A stretch of DNA of 64,000 nt from Squalus acanthias. Taxonomy: Eukaryota. The notes under the pieces were generated by a model. It saw only the letters and a list, made by a program, of their open reading frames with translations, ran no database searches and had not been told where the DNA came from. Location of the stretch: the NCBI GenBank assembly GCA_030390025.1, contig CM059432.1, positions 4,154,001 through 4,218,000 of the forward strand. Reading direction: 5' to 3'. The first letter of the stretch is position 1; the number at the start of each line of letters is the position of its first letter. This document shows, one piece after another, positions 47,043 through 58,342 of the stretch. The position numbers were made by a program, and so were the translations under genes.

Positions 47043-47828
47043 ACACTATGGGGAAAGAGCAGGGGGGGAGTGGGACTAATTGGAGAGCTCTTTCAAAGAG
47101 CCTGCACAGGCACGATGGGCCGAATGGCCTCCTTCTGTGCTGCATCATTCTATGATTCTATTACAGTTTCGCTCATAATTCAATCAAGATATCCATATTT
47201 GGCATAATGTCTATCTGCTAAATTGCTAATAGCTATTCTCATCAGTTTTGCTACATTTATTAACACTGAATGATCATCTTTTTTAGAAGGAGGCTCTTCG
47301 GCTACTTTTAATTTAAAACTCCCATTTATGTGCAGAATTTAATTAATATAAATGTAAAAAAAATAACATTTTAAGATTAAGACAAAAGTGTTCTCAAAAC
47401 TGATAAGAAACCTATTAAAACCCATATCAGGGAATCAGTGCACAAACTAAATCTACATGTGAACTGCAAACGTGAAGAAAAATGTGTATTAAAAAATCAC
47501 AGTGTAAATGGATGATTAAATTGAGCAGGTCATGACTTGTAGTGACTGTAACTCACTGAGGATTTTGTCCATCGTGTGACTTCTAGGAGTCTTAGTACAC
47601 TCAACGCTCAATATATCCAAGCAATGTGGGGCAGAGATCAACATTCAATATAATTTTGAACTGGAGCCAAAGCAATAGTACACATAGAAACAGGAGGAGG
47701 CCTTTCAGCCCCTCGAATCTGTTCCGCCATTCAGTTAGATCGTGGCTGATCTGTATCTCCACTCCATCTGCCCGCCTTGGTTCCGTTACCCTTAATACCC
47801 CTACCCAACAAAAATCTACCAATAATAA

Positions 47829-48755
47829 CAAACAGAAAACGCTGGAAACACTCAGCAGGCCAGGCAGCATCCGTGGAGAGAGAAACAGAGTTAACGGGCT
47901 CGATTTTGCCAGGCCCGAGGAGACGGGAATGGAGGCGTGTGGGGTGTTAAAATGGCAAAAAATGGCGGGCGGGCCTGACCCCGCCTCCATCCCACCTCCA
48001 AGCAATTTTTCCAAATGTGTGGTTTCTGATCCCGTCTCCGTCCCGCCTCCAAGAGGCAGGATAGGCCCTTAACAACCACTTAATTGCCTCTATAATCCCA
48101 TTTTGAGAGGCCTTTCTGATTTTAACACTTTTCCGACGTGATGCACGCCTCCTCTGAAACACGACGGTGAAATCTGGTGGTAGCACACTTGGATTGCTGA
48201 CTATCAGCTGCAGGTCCACCATTAAGAAGGAGATTTGATCAATCATCATTCTGGGGGAACTTTTAGCAGTCATAACCATTGTTGTGGAACTTTGGAGCCT
48301 GGAGTAGTAGTGGTGGCGGCGGTGGCGGTGGCGGCGGTGGTGGCGGCGGTGCAAAAAAATCTGGGAGCAGACTTAGGGCTGCTGCTGCTCATTTTGCCTC
48401 CAGGTCCCTCTCACAGCAAAGGCCAGGCAGTCTTTGCAGACCTTCAATGCAGCAGCAATGATGACATCATCAGAGGCGGCTTTCAGACTGAAAAAACTAA
48501 TTGGGTCATGGGTTCCCACATGCTGGAACTCAATTGCCCAATTAGGGGAAAATCGAATAATTCTCCCACATCCAATTGGAGTCGGGTGGCTAACACGAAA
48601 AGCGGATGACACGACCCCAGCCCACCCCATGACAAAATCGAGCCCAACGTTTCAGGTCTGGGACCCTTCATCAGAACTGGAAAAAGCTGGAGATGTAACA
48701 GATATTAAGCAGGTGCAGAGACAGGGGTGGAGGGTTGGTGGGAGGGGAGGAAGGA
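47829..48755 (-). mobile_element. Penelope-associated repeat with hammerhead motif, split by a Harbinger MITE
   Basis: gagaaacagagttaac|...|aacgtttcaggtctgggacccttcatcagaact. Confidence 0.78.
47896..48645 (-). mobile_element. Harbinger family B MITE (750 bp)
   Basis: TIR GGGCTCGATTTTG at both ends, AAC TSD (47893-47895, 48646-48648); reverse homolog of 15487-16199. Confidence 0.92.
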
Positions 48756-48761
48756 ATTGAA

Positions 48762-49025
48762 GGAACATACCAATCTCAGTTATGGGATTTTCAATTGACC
48801 CCCCCAGTCTCAACAACTTTTTGGGGGAGAGAGTTCCAGATTTCCGTTCCCCTTTGTGTGAAGAAGTGCTTCCTGACATCACCCCTGAACGGCCTGGCTC
48901 TAATTTTAAGATTGTGCCCCCTTGTTCTGGACTCTCCCACCAGAGGAAATAGTTTCTCTCTCTCTATCCTACCAAATCCTTTAATCATCTTAAACACCGC
49001 AACTAGATTTCCCCTTAATCTTCTA
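48762..49025 (-). mobile_element. CR1 3' fragment
   Basis: RRLRGNLVAVFKMIKG...FFTQRGTEIWNSLPQ. Confidence 0.78.
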
Positions 49026-49510
49026 TAAAAAGAAACAAAGACTTGCATTTCTCCAGCACCTTTCATGACCACAGGATGTCCCAAAGCTCTTTACAGCCAA
49101 TGAAGTACTTTTTGAAGTGGAGTCACTGTTGTAATGTAGGAAACGCGGCAGCCAATTTGTGCACAGCAAGCTCCCACAAACAGCAATGTGATAATGACCA
49201 GATCATCTGTTTTATAGTGATGCTGATTGAGGGATAAACATTGGCCAGGAGACAGGGAGAAAACCCCAGCTCTTCTTTGAAATAGTGGCCATGGGATCTT
49301 TTACATCCACCTGAGAGAGCAGACGGGGGCCTCAGTTTAACGTCTCATCTGAAAGACGGCACCTGCGACAGTGCAGCACTCCCTCAGTACTGCACTGGGA
49401 ATGTCAGCCTGGATTATTTGTGCTCAAGTCTCTGGAGTGGGACTTGAACCCACAACCTTCATGACTCAGAGGTGAAGAGAGTGCTGCCCACTGAGCCACG
49501 GCTGACACCT
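49026..49510 (-). mobile_element. Deu-domain tRNA-SINE
   Basis: Full-length reverse copy. Confidence 0.88.
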
Positions 49511-50244
49511 ATTATTAGACTGTTAGGGATAAAAGCACGTGGGGTTTTTGAGCGTGAAGAACATAAGTTTACCAGCGACTTATTAATGTTGCATAACCAT
49601 TGATTATGAAGTTAGCACCGCTCACAAGGTGAGCTGCCTCAGAGCAATAATCGCAGTTAAACACCTAAACAATTATAAACAGGAAAATATATTAATATAT
49701 TAATTAAATTTGCATGTCAAAACGTCCAGTATTCATTGTGCAAGCTGTATTATGTATTCTCTTTCACTCGGACAAAGATTTATTTTAATTTGATTTTTGC
49801 CCATGAGCGATAAGGACGGAGGTGGAAAAGGTTAATTACTTTAGGAATGCTAATTGTGGTGTTTCAGGAGTGTTCCCACAGCGTATGGACATAACACTAG
49901 AGTTGAATTCCCTGACTTCCGTAAGACATTATTGTAACTGTGTATTAGCTTGTTATTTATTAATGAAAAAAATGATATATATTTCAAAGGTAGACTTTTA
50001 AAAATTCATTTTTTAATTTCCATTGTAAATTAAAATTGCGAAATCAAAATTGTGAGGCAGATTTTCATTGCAGGCTTAAATTAATGTAAACTCCAATTGA
50101 GAATCTCAGGCTCATCAGAACTTTATCACGTTGAGAGCCTTCAAGACGTAACAGGGAGAGGGATTGGGGTCTTAAACCAGATATCAGAATTGGATGGGGG
50201 GAGGGCTGATTTTTTTTGAACTGTAGCTGCCAGAATAAGGGGCC

Positions 50245-50520
50245 CGGCCAATTAGGACTGAGATGAGGAGGAACTTCTTCACTCAGAGGGTGGTGAATCT
50301 TTGGAATTCTCTACCCCAGAGGGCTGCGGATGCTCAGTCGTTGAGTATATTCAAGGCTGAGATCGATAGATTTTTGGACTCGAGGGGAATCAAGGGATAT
50401 GGGGATCGGGCGGGAAAGTGGAGTCGAGGTAGATGATCAGCCATGATCTTATTGAATGGCGGAGCAGGCTCGCGGGGTGAATGGCCGACTCCTGCTCCTA
50501 TTTCTTATGCTCTTATGTTC
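50245..50520 (+). mobile_element. CR1 3' end
   Basis: ggactgagatgaggaggaacttcttcactcagaggg... plus ttcttatg tail. Confidence 0.82.
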
Positions 50521-51420
50521 AGTGTCACATTTTTCATCTGTAAAGAATGGTATGTATCAATATATTCTGTAAAGAAATAAATGCAGATGAATGTTCTAAA
50601 TACGGTAATCTAAACGAATGCATTTTAAAATTAAGAGGCTTATTGAAATTTCTAAAGGTATGCATAGTACTCATTTTCAATACATAGGGGTAGAAATTAG
50701 GTCGCGCCCCATTTGGCGCGCAAATATCGTCCGCGCGCAAATATTAGCGCCTGGCGCTAATTATCGGCACTGACAGGAAACTTCACTTTTACCGCCCCGG
50801 GAGGTGAGTGGAGCGCTAAATTAGGCGCTGCACACCTCTCTTAAGGCGCAAAGGCCTAGGAGTGAGGCGCTAACTCAGCGCACGAGCGCAGCGCAGCTGC
50901 TGCCAGTTAGCGATGGAACACAGACACACTGGCGCCGGACACTTCTTAAAGCGGGGGGGGCCACTTGCTCCCCAGCCACACCCTGCTCATTGCAGCCTTG
51001 AATCTCAGCCTGGAGAGACCTGTAATCCATTTTGCTGCCAAGCATGGAGAGGGTGAGAGAACGCGCTCATCGCTTCACCGAGCGGGCCTTGGATGCTCTG
51101 GTTGACGCAGTGGAGCGCAGATGATGCATGCTGTTCCCAGAGAGTGGCAGGAGGCCTTTGCCACGCGAGTTCAGAAGAGTGTGGAGGGAGGTGGCTCAGA
51201 GCGTCTCCTCCAGGAGCATGGTGCCCAGGACCCATGTCCAGTGCCGCAAAAAGTTCAACGACCTCACTCGGGTCGTCAGGGTGAGTGGCTTTTTCTCAAT
51301 ACCTCTCCATCCCTCCATCTCAACCTCACTCTATGGCCAGAGGGTCTTAAAACCCCAATGCACAACACTCATGCAACACCTATGGCCCTTTCATGAAACA
51401 CACACACACATTCCACACTT

Positions 51421-51528
51421 TGCATATTGTAAGGGCTATTCACCTATGGGAGGCACATCAGGCAAGACCATGGCTGCATATTGTAAGGGCTATTCACCTA
51501 TGGGAGGCACATCAGGCAAGACCATGGC
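51421..51528. repeat. Perfect 54-bp tandem duplication in Myb intron 1
   Basis: tgcatattgtaagggctattcacctatgggaggcacatcaggcaagaccatggc twice. Confidence 0.95.
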
Positions 51529-52031
51529 TGTATATTGACTCAGATGCTGTCCTTTTTCTTGCAGGCTAAGCTGGCTCATAATCGGAGACAGCAGCAACGG
51601 ACGGGTGGAGGGCGGCTTCAGCTGCAACCCCTCAGCGATCTGGAGGAGCGCGTCCACAGGATTGTGGCAAGCCGGGTGATCGGTCCCGTCGCCACTGGAG
51701 ACGCCGACCCCGTTGTGGACAGCAATGGTAAGGTCATCACCTTTTTGTCCTCTGTCCTTCCACTTGTCCCTCACAATACCAGCCTTTGACACTTTCAATC
51801 CAACTTGCTAACTCGCTGCACTTATTCCTCCCTTACTGCCACCCTGTCCTCACGCTAAAGCCACTCTTGTACCTCCCTGCTTTCAGATGGTGATTCACCA
51901 GCTGAGGAGATGGTCCCTGAAGCTGCCACTGGGAGTGATGCTGCAGCTGAGGAGGAAGAGGAAGCCGGAGCATCAGTGCCACCCTCTCCCGAGGAAGCCC
52001 ATGGCCACACTGGGAACACGCCTTCCCCGGA

Positions 52032-52208
52032 GGGGAGCAGGGGGGAAGGGGCTGATGATGGTGAAGTTCCAGGACCCAGCGGGCTGCAGCAACGCCATTG
52101 GGGGGGGAGGGAAGAACGGGGGAGCAGGGGGGAAGGGGCTGATGATGGTGAAGTTCCAGGACCCAGCGGGCTGCAGCAACGCCATGGGGGGGGGAGGGAA
52201 GAACGGGA
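52032..52208. repeat. In-frame 87-bp tandem duplication in Myb exon 3
   Basis: GSRGEGADDGEVPGPSGLQQRH(W/G)GGREER twice. Confidence 0.93.
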
Positions 52209-53247
52209 GCCTTCTCCCCAGAGGGAGAGTATGCCAGACACTCCTAATGCAATGGACGCAGAGGAGGAGCGGATGATTGCAGAAATGAACAGCCAGGCGG
52301 TGGTCATGCACACTGAGCTCATGGGTGCAGTGGGAAGGGTGCCCGATTGCATTGAGGCACTGGCAAGGAGTGTGGAGCACTTCGCTGTAGCACAGGCGGA
52401 TGCCACACTAAAGCTTGCTGCTGCAATTCAGTCACTGGCTGCCAGGAACCCATCTGAGCCTGCTCTCATGCAGACTCAGATTGAGGCCACGCGAGCACTG
52501 ACTGCTGCCATCCTCGATGGTTCGTGCACATGTCCCCGGGGCTGTCACCGCGCCGCAGCAGGCCAGCAATCTGTTCTCAGGCAAATTGCTCCGGATGCTG
52601 AAGTGCTGCCCCGTGGGAGTGCCAGTGTGTCGGGCGAGCAGGGAGTTGCTGTCCTCTCTCACGATGACAGCATTCCTGCTGCCAACACTGTCACTTCTCC
52701 ACTGCACTTGCCACCGCCTGTAGGACAGACTGCTGCCGCCCATGCAGAGTTGGTGCAGTCTGCAGCCGGGCCCTCCAGGCCCAGAAGTGGTCGAGGCCGT
52801 CCTTCAGGGGCATCTGCAGTGTCAGGGTCTGACAAGCAGCAGCCTTCCACCAGCCTTGCTGCAGCCACTGAGGTCCCATTACGGAGGAGCAGTAGGGTTA
52901 GAAGGGGGGAAGTGCGCAAGGGAAGGAGATCACCCTCGAAGGGCAAAAAGTAGGAGGTGTGCCAAAATGCTGGTCATTTTTTTATTAAAGGCCGAGGTTC
53001 ATGGCCCAACTTTTGTTTAGTGTTTTGGACATTATCTCCAGGTTGTGAGAACCAGTTATGTTATTGACTGTTTTTTTGTGTTTATTTCTATGAGTTTGTC
53101 ATGAGGAATTGACACACACAGAGTTTGTACAATAAATAAGTTTCTGTATTCAAAATATACATGGTTGGTGGTTGGAATTATTGGTGCCTTGGCCGGCTTA
53201 GGGGTTGCGTGCTGGGTTGATTCGTGTTTGTAGCACTGGCAGGGGTC

Positions 53248-54408
53248 CTAGAAGCGGCTTGCTATTAGTCGTTGACGGACGGCCCTTGCAGTTTGACCAT
53301 TGTGGGCCGCCCTCCTGCCTTGGTGCTGCTGCTGATCATCGTCCTCGGCCTGTTCCTCCTCTTCCTCCTCCTCCTCTTGTGGTGCTGCAAGGCCTGGTGG
53401 CATTGGCTGCGTCCTGAGGATTGCCATGTTGTGCAACATGCAGCACACCACTACGAATTTGGAAACTTGCTCAGGCGAGTACTGCAGGGCTCCTCCGGAA
53501 TGGTCCAGACAGCGGAATCGTTGTTTGAGCACGCCGATTGTGCGCTCAATAATGTTCCTCGTTGCTTGTTGGCTTTCCTGGTACCGCAGCTCAGCAGGGG
53601 TGTTTGGCGCACGGAGCGGTGTCATCAGCCAGGTGCTCAATGCGTACCCCTTGTCCCCCAGAAGCCAACCAACTGGCTGATGCGGTGCCTCGAAAATTTC
53701 TGCCACAGTACTCTGGCGCAGGATGAAAGCATCGTGGCAGCTGCCCGGATAGTGGGCATTGACAGCGAGAATCACCTGTCTGTGGTCACAGACCAACTGC
53801 ACATTCAAGGAATGGAACCCCTTTCTGTTCCGGAACTCCTCTGCATTCTCTCGCGGAGCACGCAAAGCCACATGCGTGCAGTCAATGGCGCCCTGCACCA
53901 TGGGGAAGCCCGCTACCCTCGCAAAGCCCAGAGCACGGTCATGCTGCTTGTCTGGGGTCATAGGGAAGGAGATGAAGTCTCGTCTCCTTGTGAAGAGGGC
54001 ATTGGTGACCTGCCGGATGCAGCGATGCACCGCAAACTGGGAGATATTGGCGAGGTCCCCAACAGCAGCTTGGAATGAGCCAGTGGCGTAGAAGTTCAAG
54101 GCCACTGTGACCTTCACTGCCACCGACAGAGACGTCCTGGACCTCAGCTGAGGCTGCAGATCTGGCTGCAGCAGGTGGCAGAGCTCAGTGACCACCTCCT
54201 TGCTGAATCGCAGCCTTCGCAAACACAGCTCCTCGGACATGTGGATGTAGGAGAGCTGTTCACGATATACCCTGGGAGGGTAAGCTCTCCTGTACATGCG
54301 CCTGATGGGCCTCCTCCGTCTGGCCATCATTGCCACTCTCTGTCTGCGTCTCACTCTGCTCCGATTGAGCTGGAGCAGGACGACGCCCCCAATCATTGCA
54401 GCCCCCAT
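53248..54408 (-). CDS. Harbinger (HARBI1-like) DDE transposase, 386 aa, uninterrupted
   Basis: GAIDCTHV, RNRKGFHSLNVQLVCD, PGSCHDAFIL, LLGDKGY, RNIIERTIGVLKQRFRCL, CCMLHN. First ATG at 54408; the track's 54471 start is a GTG. Confidence 0.95.
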   Translation of the reverse strand: MGAAMIGGVVLLQLNRSRVRRRQRVAMMARRRRPIRRMYRRAYPPRVYREQLSYIHMSEELCLRRLRFSKEVVTELCHLLQPDLQPQLRSRTSLSVAVKVTVALNFYATGSFQAAVGDLANISQFAVHRCIRQVTNALFTRRRDFISFPMTPDKQHDRALGFARVAGFPMVQGAIDCTHVALRAPRENAEEFRNRKGFHSLNVQLVCDHRQVILAVNAHYPGSCHDAFILRQSTVAEIFEAPHQPVGWLLGDKGYALSTWLMTPLRAPNTPAELRYQESQQATRNIIERTIGVLKQRFRCLDHSGGALQYSPEQVSKFVVVCCMLHNMAILRTQPMPPGLAAPQEEEEEEEEQAEDDDQQQHQGRRAAHNGQTARAVRQRLIASRF

Positions 54409-54981
54409 CTTCTCTTTGCCAGAAAAGTAATGAGGTACAGCAACGAAAGTAGCAGCAAAGTTAGGATGCACTAGGCAAAACTACCTCACAAAGCGTTGAG
54501 TCAATGTAGAAGTCTCTCTCTCTCTCTCTCCGAATCTCTCTCTCTCTCTCAGAACGAGTGGTGCATAAATGTCGACCACAGAAAAAGACAGGAAGAGGCC
54601 CCCTTTAAATAGCGCCCCCCCCAGCCCCACACCGATTGATAACGTTCCAGTCTTCCGGTCGTTGGAAGCGCCAGGCGGTAAGGCAGGGGGCGCCACTCAA
54701 TTTCCGCTCCGGGGCGCCCCAAGGGCGTTGCACCACGGAATGACGTCACAATCTGCGCGCGCAGGTGGTCGCAGCGGTAAGTTTTAGCGCCGCCGCACAA
54801 TCTCAAGTTAAGTTCTCGAGCGGCGCAAACAGCGCTGCGCCCGGGCGTTAGCGCCTTAACGCCCCATTAGCGCCCATTTAAGGCGCTAACGGGAGGCGCA
54901 ACCAACTGAATTTTTACCCCATAGTATATAAAATAATGAAATTATCATTAATGCAATTTATTACTACAGAGATGGCATATG

Positions 54982-55448
54982 ATCAGCTGTGGCTCCCTTG
55001 GTAGCACCCTCGCCTCTGAATCAGAAGGTTGTGGGTTCAAGTCCCACTCCAGGGACTTGAGCAGAAAAATCCAGGCTGACACTCCCAGTGCAGTGCTGAG
55101 GGAGTGCCGCACTGTCAGAGGTGCCGTCTTTCAGATGAGATGTTAAACCGAGGCCCCGTCTGCTCTCTCAGGTGGACATAAAAGATCCCATAGCACCATT
55201 TTGAAGAAGAGCAGCGGAGTTATCCCCGGTGTCCTGGCCAATATTTATCCCTGAATTAACATCAGTAAAACAGACTATCTGGTCGTGATCACATTGCTGT
55301 TTGTGGGAGCTTGCTGTGCGCAAATTGGCTGCCGCGTTTCCCACATTACAACAGTGACTGCACTTCAAAAAAGTACTTCATTGGCTGTAAAGCGCTTTGG
55401 GACGTCCGGTGGTCATGAAAGGCACTATAGAAATGCAAGACTTTTTTT
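54982..55448 (+). mobile_element. Deu-domain tRNA-SINE
   Basis: B box ggttcaagtccc, core and tail. Confidence 0.87.
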
Positions 55449-55661
55449 AAGTGCAGTCAAACAACAACTTGCATTTATATAGCGCCTTTAATGTGGTAAA
55501 AACGTCCCAAGGTGCTTAAACAAAGGGAAGAGACTTAAGAAGGGAATCATGAGCTGAAGGAATGATTATTCAAATGATTACGGCATTAAAACTATTGTGC
55601 TCAAAGAATTTTAGTAAACATGATCCAATAAATTTAAATGATAGGAACATATTGGGACCAC

Positions 55662-56475
55662 AAGCTTAACTGGACCATATCAACATTGTGGCTACAAGAG
55701 CAAGGCAGAGGCTGGGTACTCTGTGATGAGTGACTCACCTCCTGACTCCTCAAAGCTTCTCCATCATCTACAAGGCTCAAGTCAGGAGTGTGACAGAATA
55801 CTCACCACTCACCTGGACGGCCACAGCCTCAACAACACTTAGGAAGATCGACACCATCTAGGACAAAGCAGCCAGCTTGAGCAGTGCCCCTGTTACTGAA
55901 CTCAATAGTTAACGCAGCGTACCGTGGCTGCAGTCTGCACCGTCTACAAGATGCACTGCATCGACTCACCAAGGCTTCTTCAACAGCACCCCCCAAACCC
56001 GCGACCTCTTCCACCTAGAAGGACAAGGGCAGCAGGCGCATGAGAACACCACCACCTCCAAGTTCCCCTCCAAGTCACACACCATCCTGACTTGGAAATA
56101 TATCGGCCGTTCCTTCATCGTCGCTGGGTCAAAATCCTGGAACTCCCTCCCTAACAGCGCTGTGGGAGCACCTTCACCACACGGACTGCAGCGGTTCAAG
56201 AAGGCGGCTCTCCACCACCTTCTCGAGGACAATTCGGGATGGGCAATAAATGCCGGCCTTGCCAGCGACGCCCACATCCCAGGAACGAGTAAAAAAAACC
56301 TCTACCATCGGCACACTGTGACTGCAGTCCATACTATCTACAGTGTGCACGGCAGCCACTCCCCAAGGTCACTTCTACAGCACTTCCCTGCTCTGCTGTG
56401 TTTACCATCAAGAAAGACAAGCGCAACAATATCATTGGAACACCATCACCTCCAGGTTCACACCATCCTGACTTG
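55662..56475 (+). mobile_element. Second-family LINE 3' fragments: older copy with a younger 3' end (~55921-56298) inserted
   Basis: Homologous to 24531-25070; a more diverged copy resumes at ~56299. Confidence 0.72.
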
Positions 56476-56654
56476 AACATATAAGGAGAGAGAACTTGCA
56501 TTTATATAACATCTTCCATACCTTCAGGACTTTGCAAAGCACTTTTGAGATGTCGTCACTGTTGGCCAATGCAGCAACCAATTCACACACTGACTCGGAG
56601 CTAAGAGTGACACAGATCCCCATTTCTTCATTGTCACTGAATCAAAATACTGCA

Positions 56655-58184
56655 ATTACTGAAATGGGAATAGGGCCATTAAGGGATAGTCAGGACAATA
56701 CCACAGGTAACGATAGAGAGATGGCAGAAATATTAAATCATTATTTTGCTTCAGTATTTACCAGGGAGATAGAACAGGTGGACATGATATTGGATGATGA
56801 GATTAGTAATGAGATAAGTGCATTTCAAATAAAAAAGGGGATATATTAAATAAATTAATCAAACTCCAAGAGGATAAAACCCCTTGGTCCGGATGGATTG
56901 CATCCATGCATTTTAAAAGAATCTAGGGAAGAGATAGCAGAGGCATTACTACGCATATTTAGTAATTCGTTAGAAAAAGGTGTAGTGCCAGAGGACTGGC
57001 AGATACCTAACGTAATGCCGATGTTTAAGAAGGGGGATAGAACATGTCCAGGAATTATAGACCAGTCAGCTTAACATCGGTAATAGAAAAAATAATGGAA
57101 TCCCTACTAAAGAAGAAAATAGAAGAACATCTAGAAACCAAAAATATAATAATGAATAGTCAACATGGATTTCAAAAGGGAAAGTCTTGCTTGACCAACC
57201 TTACTGAACTTTTTGAAGAGGTAACAGAGAGAGTAGACAAGGGTAATTTATCTGGATTTTCAAAAGGCCTTCGATAAGGTACCCCATAATAGACTGATGA
57301 ACACGGTCAGAGAATGCGGAGTCAGGGGACAAGTAGCAGAATGGATTGCTGGCTGGCTTCAGGACAGAAAGCAGAGAGCCAGAGTAAAGGATAGCTATTC
57401 ACAGTGGCAGAAGGTGGGTAGTGGTGTTCCACAAGGATCAGTGCTGGGACCACTGCTGTTCACAATTTACATCAACGATTTAGACTTAGGAATCAAAATC
57501 ACAATTTCTAAATTTGTGGATGACACCAAATTGGGGGGGATAGTCGATACTGAGGAGGACTGCAACAAGTTACAGGAGGACTTTAATAAACTTGCAGAAT
57601 GGGCATATAATTGGCAAATGAAGTTCAACACAGATAAATGTGAGGGATTACATTTTGGTGGGAAGAATAGGGAGGTCACTATCACTTGGAGGGTGCAAGT
57701 CTGGGTGGGGTAGAGGAGCAAAGGGATCTCGGAGTACAAATACACAAATCACTAAAAGTTGCGACACAGGTTAGCAAGGCCATAAAAAAAGCAAACCAAG
57801 CACTAGGGTTTATTTCTAGAGGGATAGAATTGAAAAGTAGGGAAGTTATGCTAAACCTGCATCGAACCTTGGTTAGACCTGAGTACAGTTCTGGTCGCCA
57901 TATTATAAAAAGAATATAGACGCACTGGAGAGGGTGCAGAGAAGATTTACAAGGATGATACCAGAAATGCGAGGGTATACATATCAGGAAAGGATGAACA
58001 GGCTGGGTCTCTTTTCTCTTGAAACAGGCTGAGGGGTGACCTAATAGAGGTCTTTAAAATGATGAAAGGTTTTGATAGAGTGGATACAGAGAGAATGTTT
58101 CCACTTGTGGGGAAGAGCAAAACTAGAGGCCATCAATATAAGATAGTCACCAAGAATTCAAATAGGGAATTCAGAAGAAACTTC
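56655..58184 (+). mobile_element. CR1 LINE RT region, frameshifted
   Basis: MAEILNHYFASVFT, NYRPVSLTSV, QHGFQKGKSCLTNL, GVPQGSVLGP, KFVDDTK. Confidence 0.9.
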
Positions 58185-58300
58185 AGCCAATGAAGTCCTT
58201 TTTTGAAGTGCAGTCACTGTTGTAATGTAGGAAACGCTGCAGCCAACTTGCGCACAGCAAGCTCCCACATACGGGAATGTGATAATGAGCAAATCATCTT
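58185..58300 (-). mobile_element. Deu-SINE 3' fragment; a matching 5' fragment lies at 60126-60293
   Basis: Both pieces match the SINE family on the minus strand. Confidence 0.7.
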
Positions 58301-58342
58301 CACTCAGTGTTATTACATAGAAGCGGTGCGATATAACACTCA

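Larger units (their letters stand above)
51044..52953 (+). pseudogene. Harbinger Myb/SANT-like protein; exons 51044-51280, 51565-51727, 51887-52953 (488 codons, one premature TGA)
   Basis: MERVRERAHRFTERALDALV..W.EVAQSV..RTHVQCRKKFNDL; canonical agg|gtgagt, ttgcag|, g|gtaagg, tttcag| splice sites keep frame; TGA at 51122-51124; aataaa at 53131. Confidence 0.88.
50687..54920. mobile_element. Complete PIF/Harbinger DNA transposon, family A (4,234 bp)
   Basis: TIRs GGGGTAGAAATT and revcomp GGGGTAAAAATT; ATA TSD (50684-50686, 54921-54923); GC/CpG-rich subtermini; convergent Myb-like and transposase genes. Confidence 0.95.

Noticed and set aside
53248..54408. Domesticated host gene HARBI1 (or NAIF1/MSANTD for the Myb ORF)
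   Set aside because: Both genes lie inside TIRs with a TSD and have MITE relatives nearby, so they are transposon genes; no symbol assigned.
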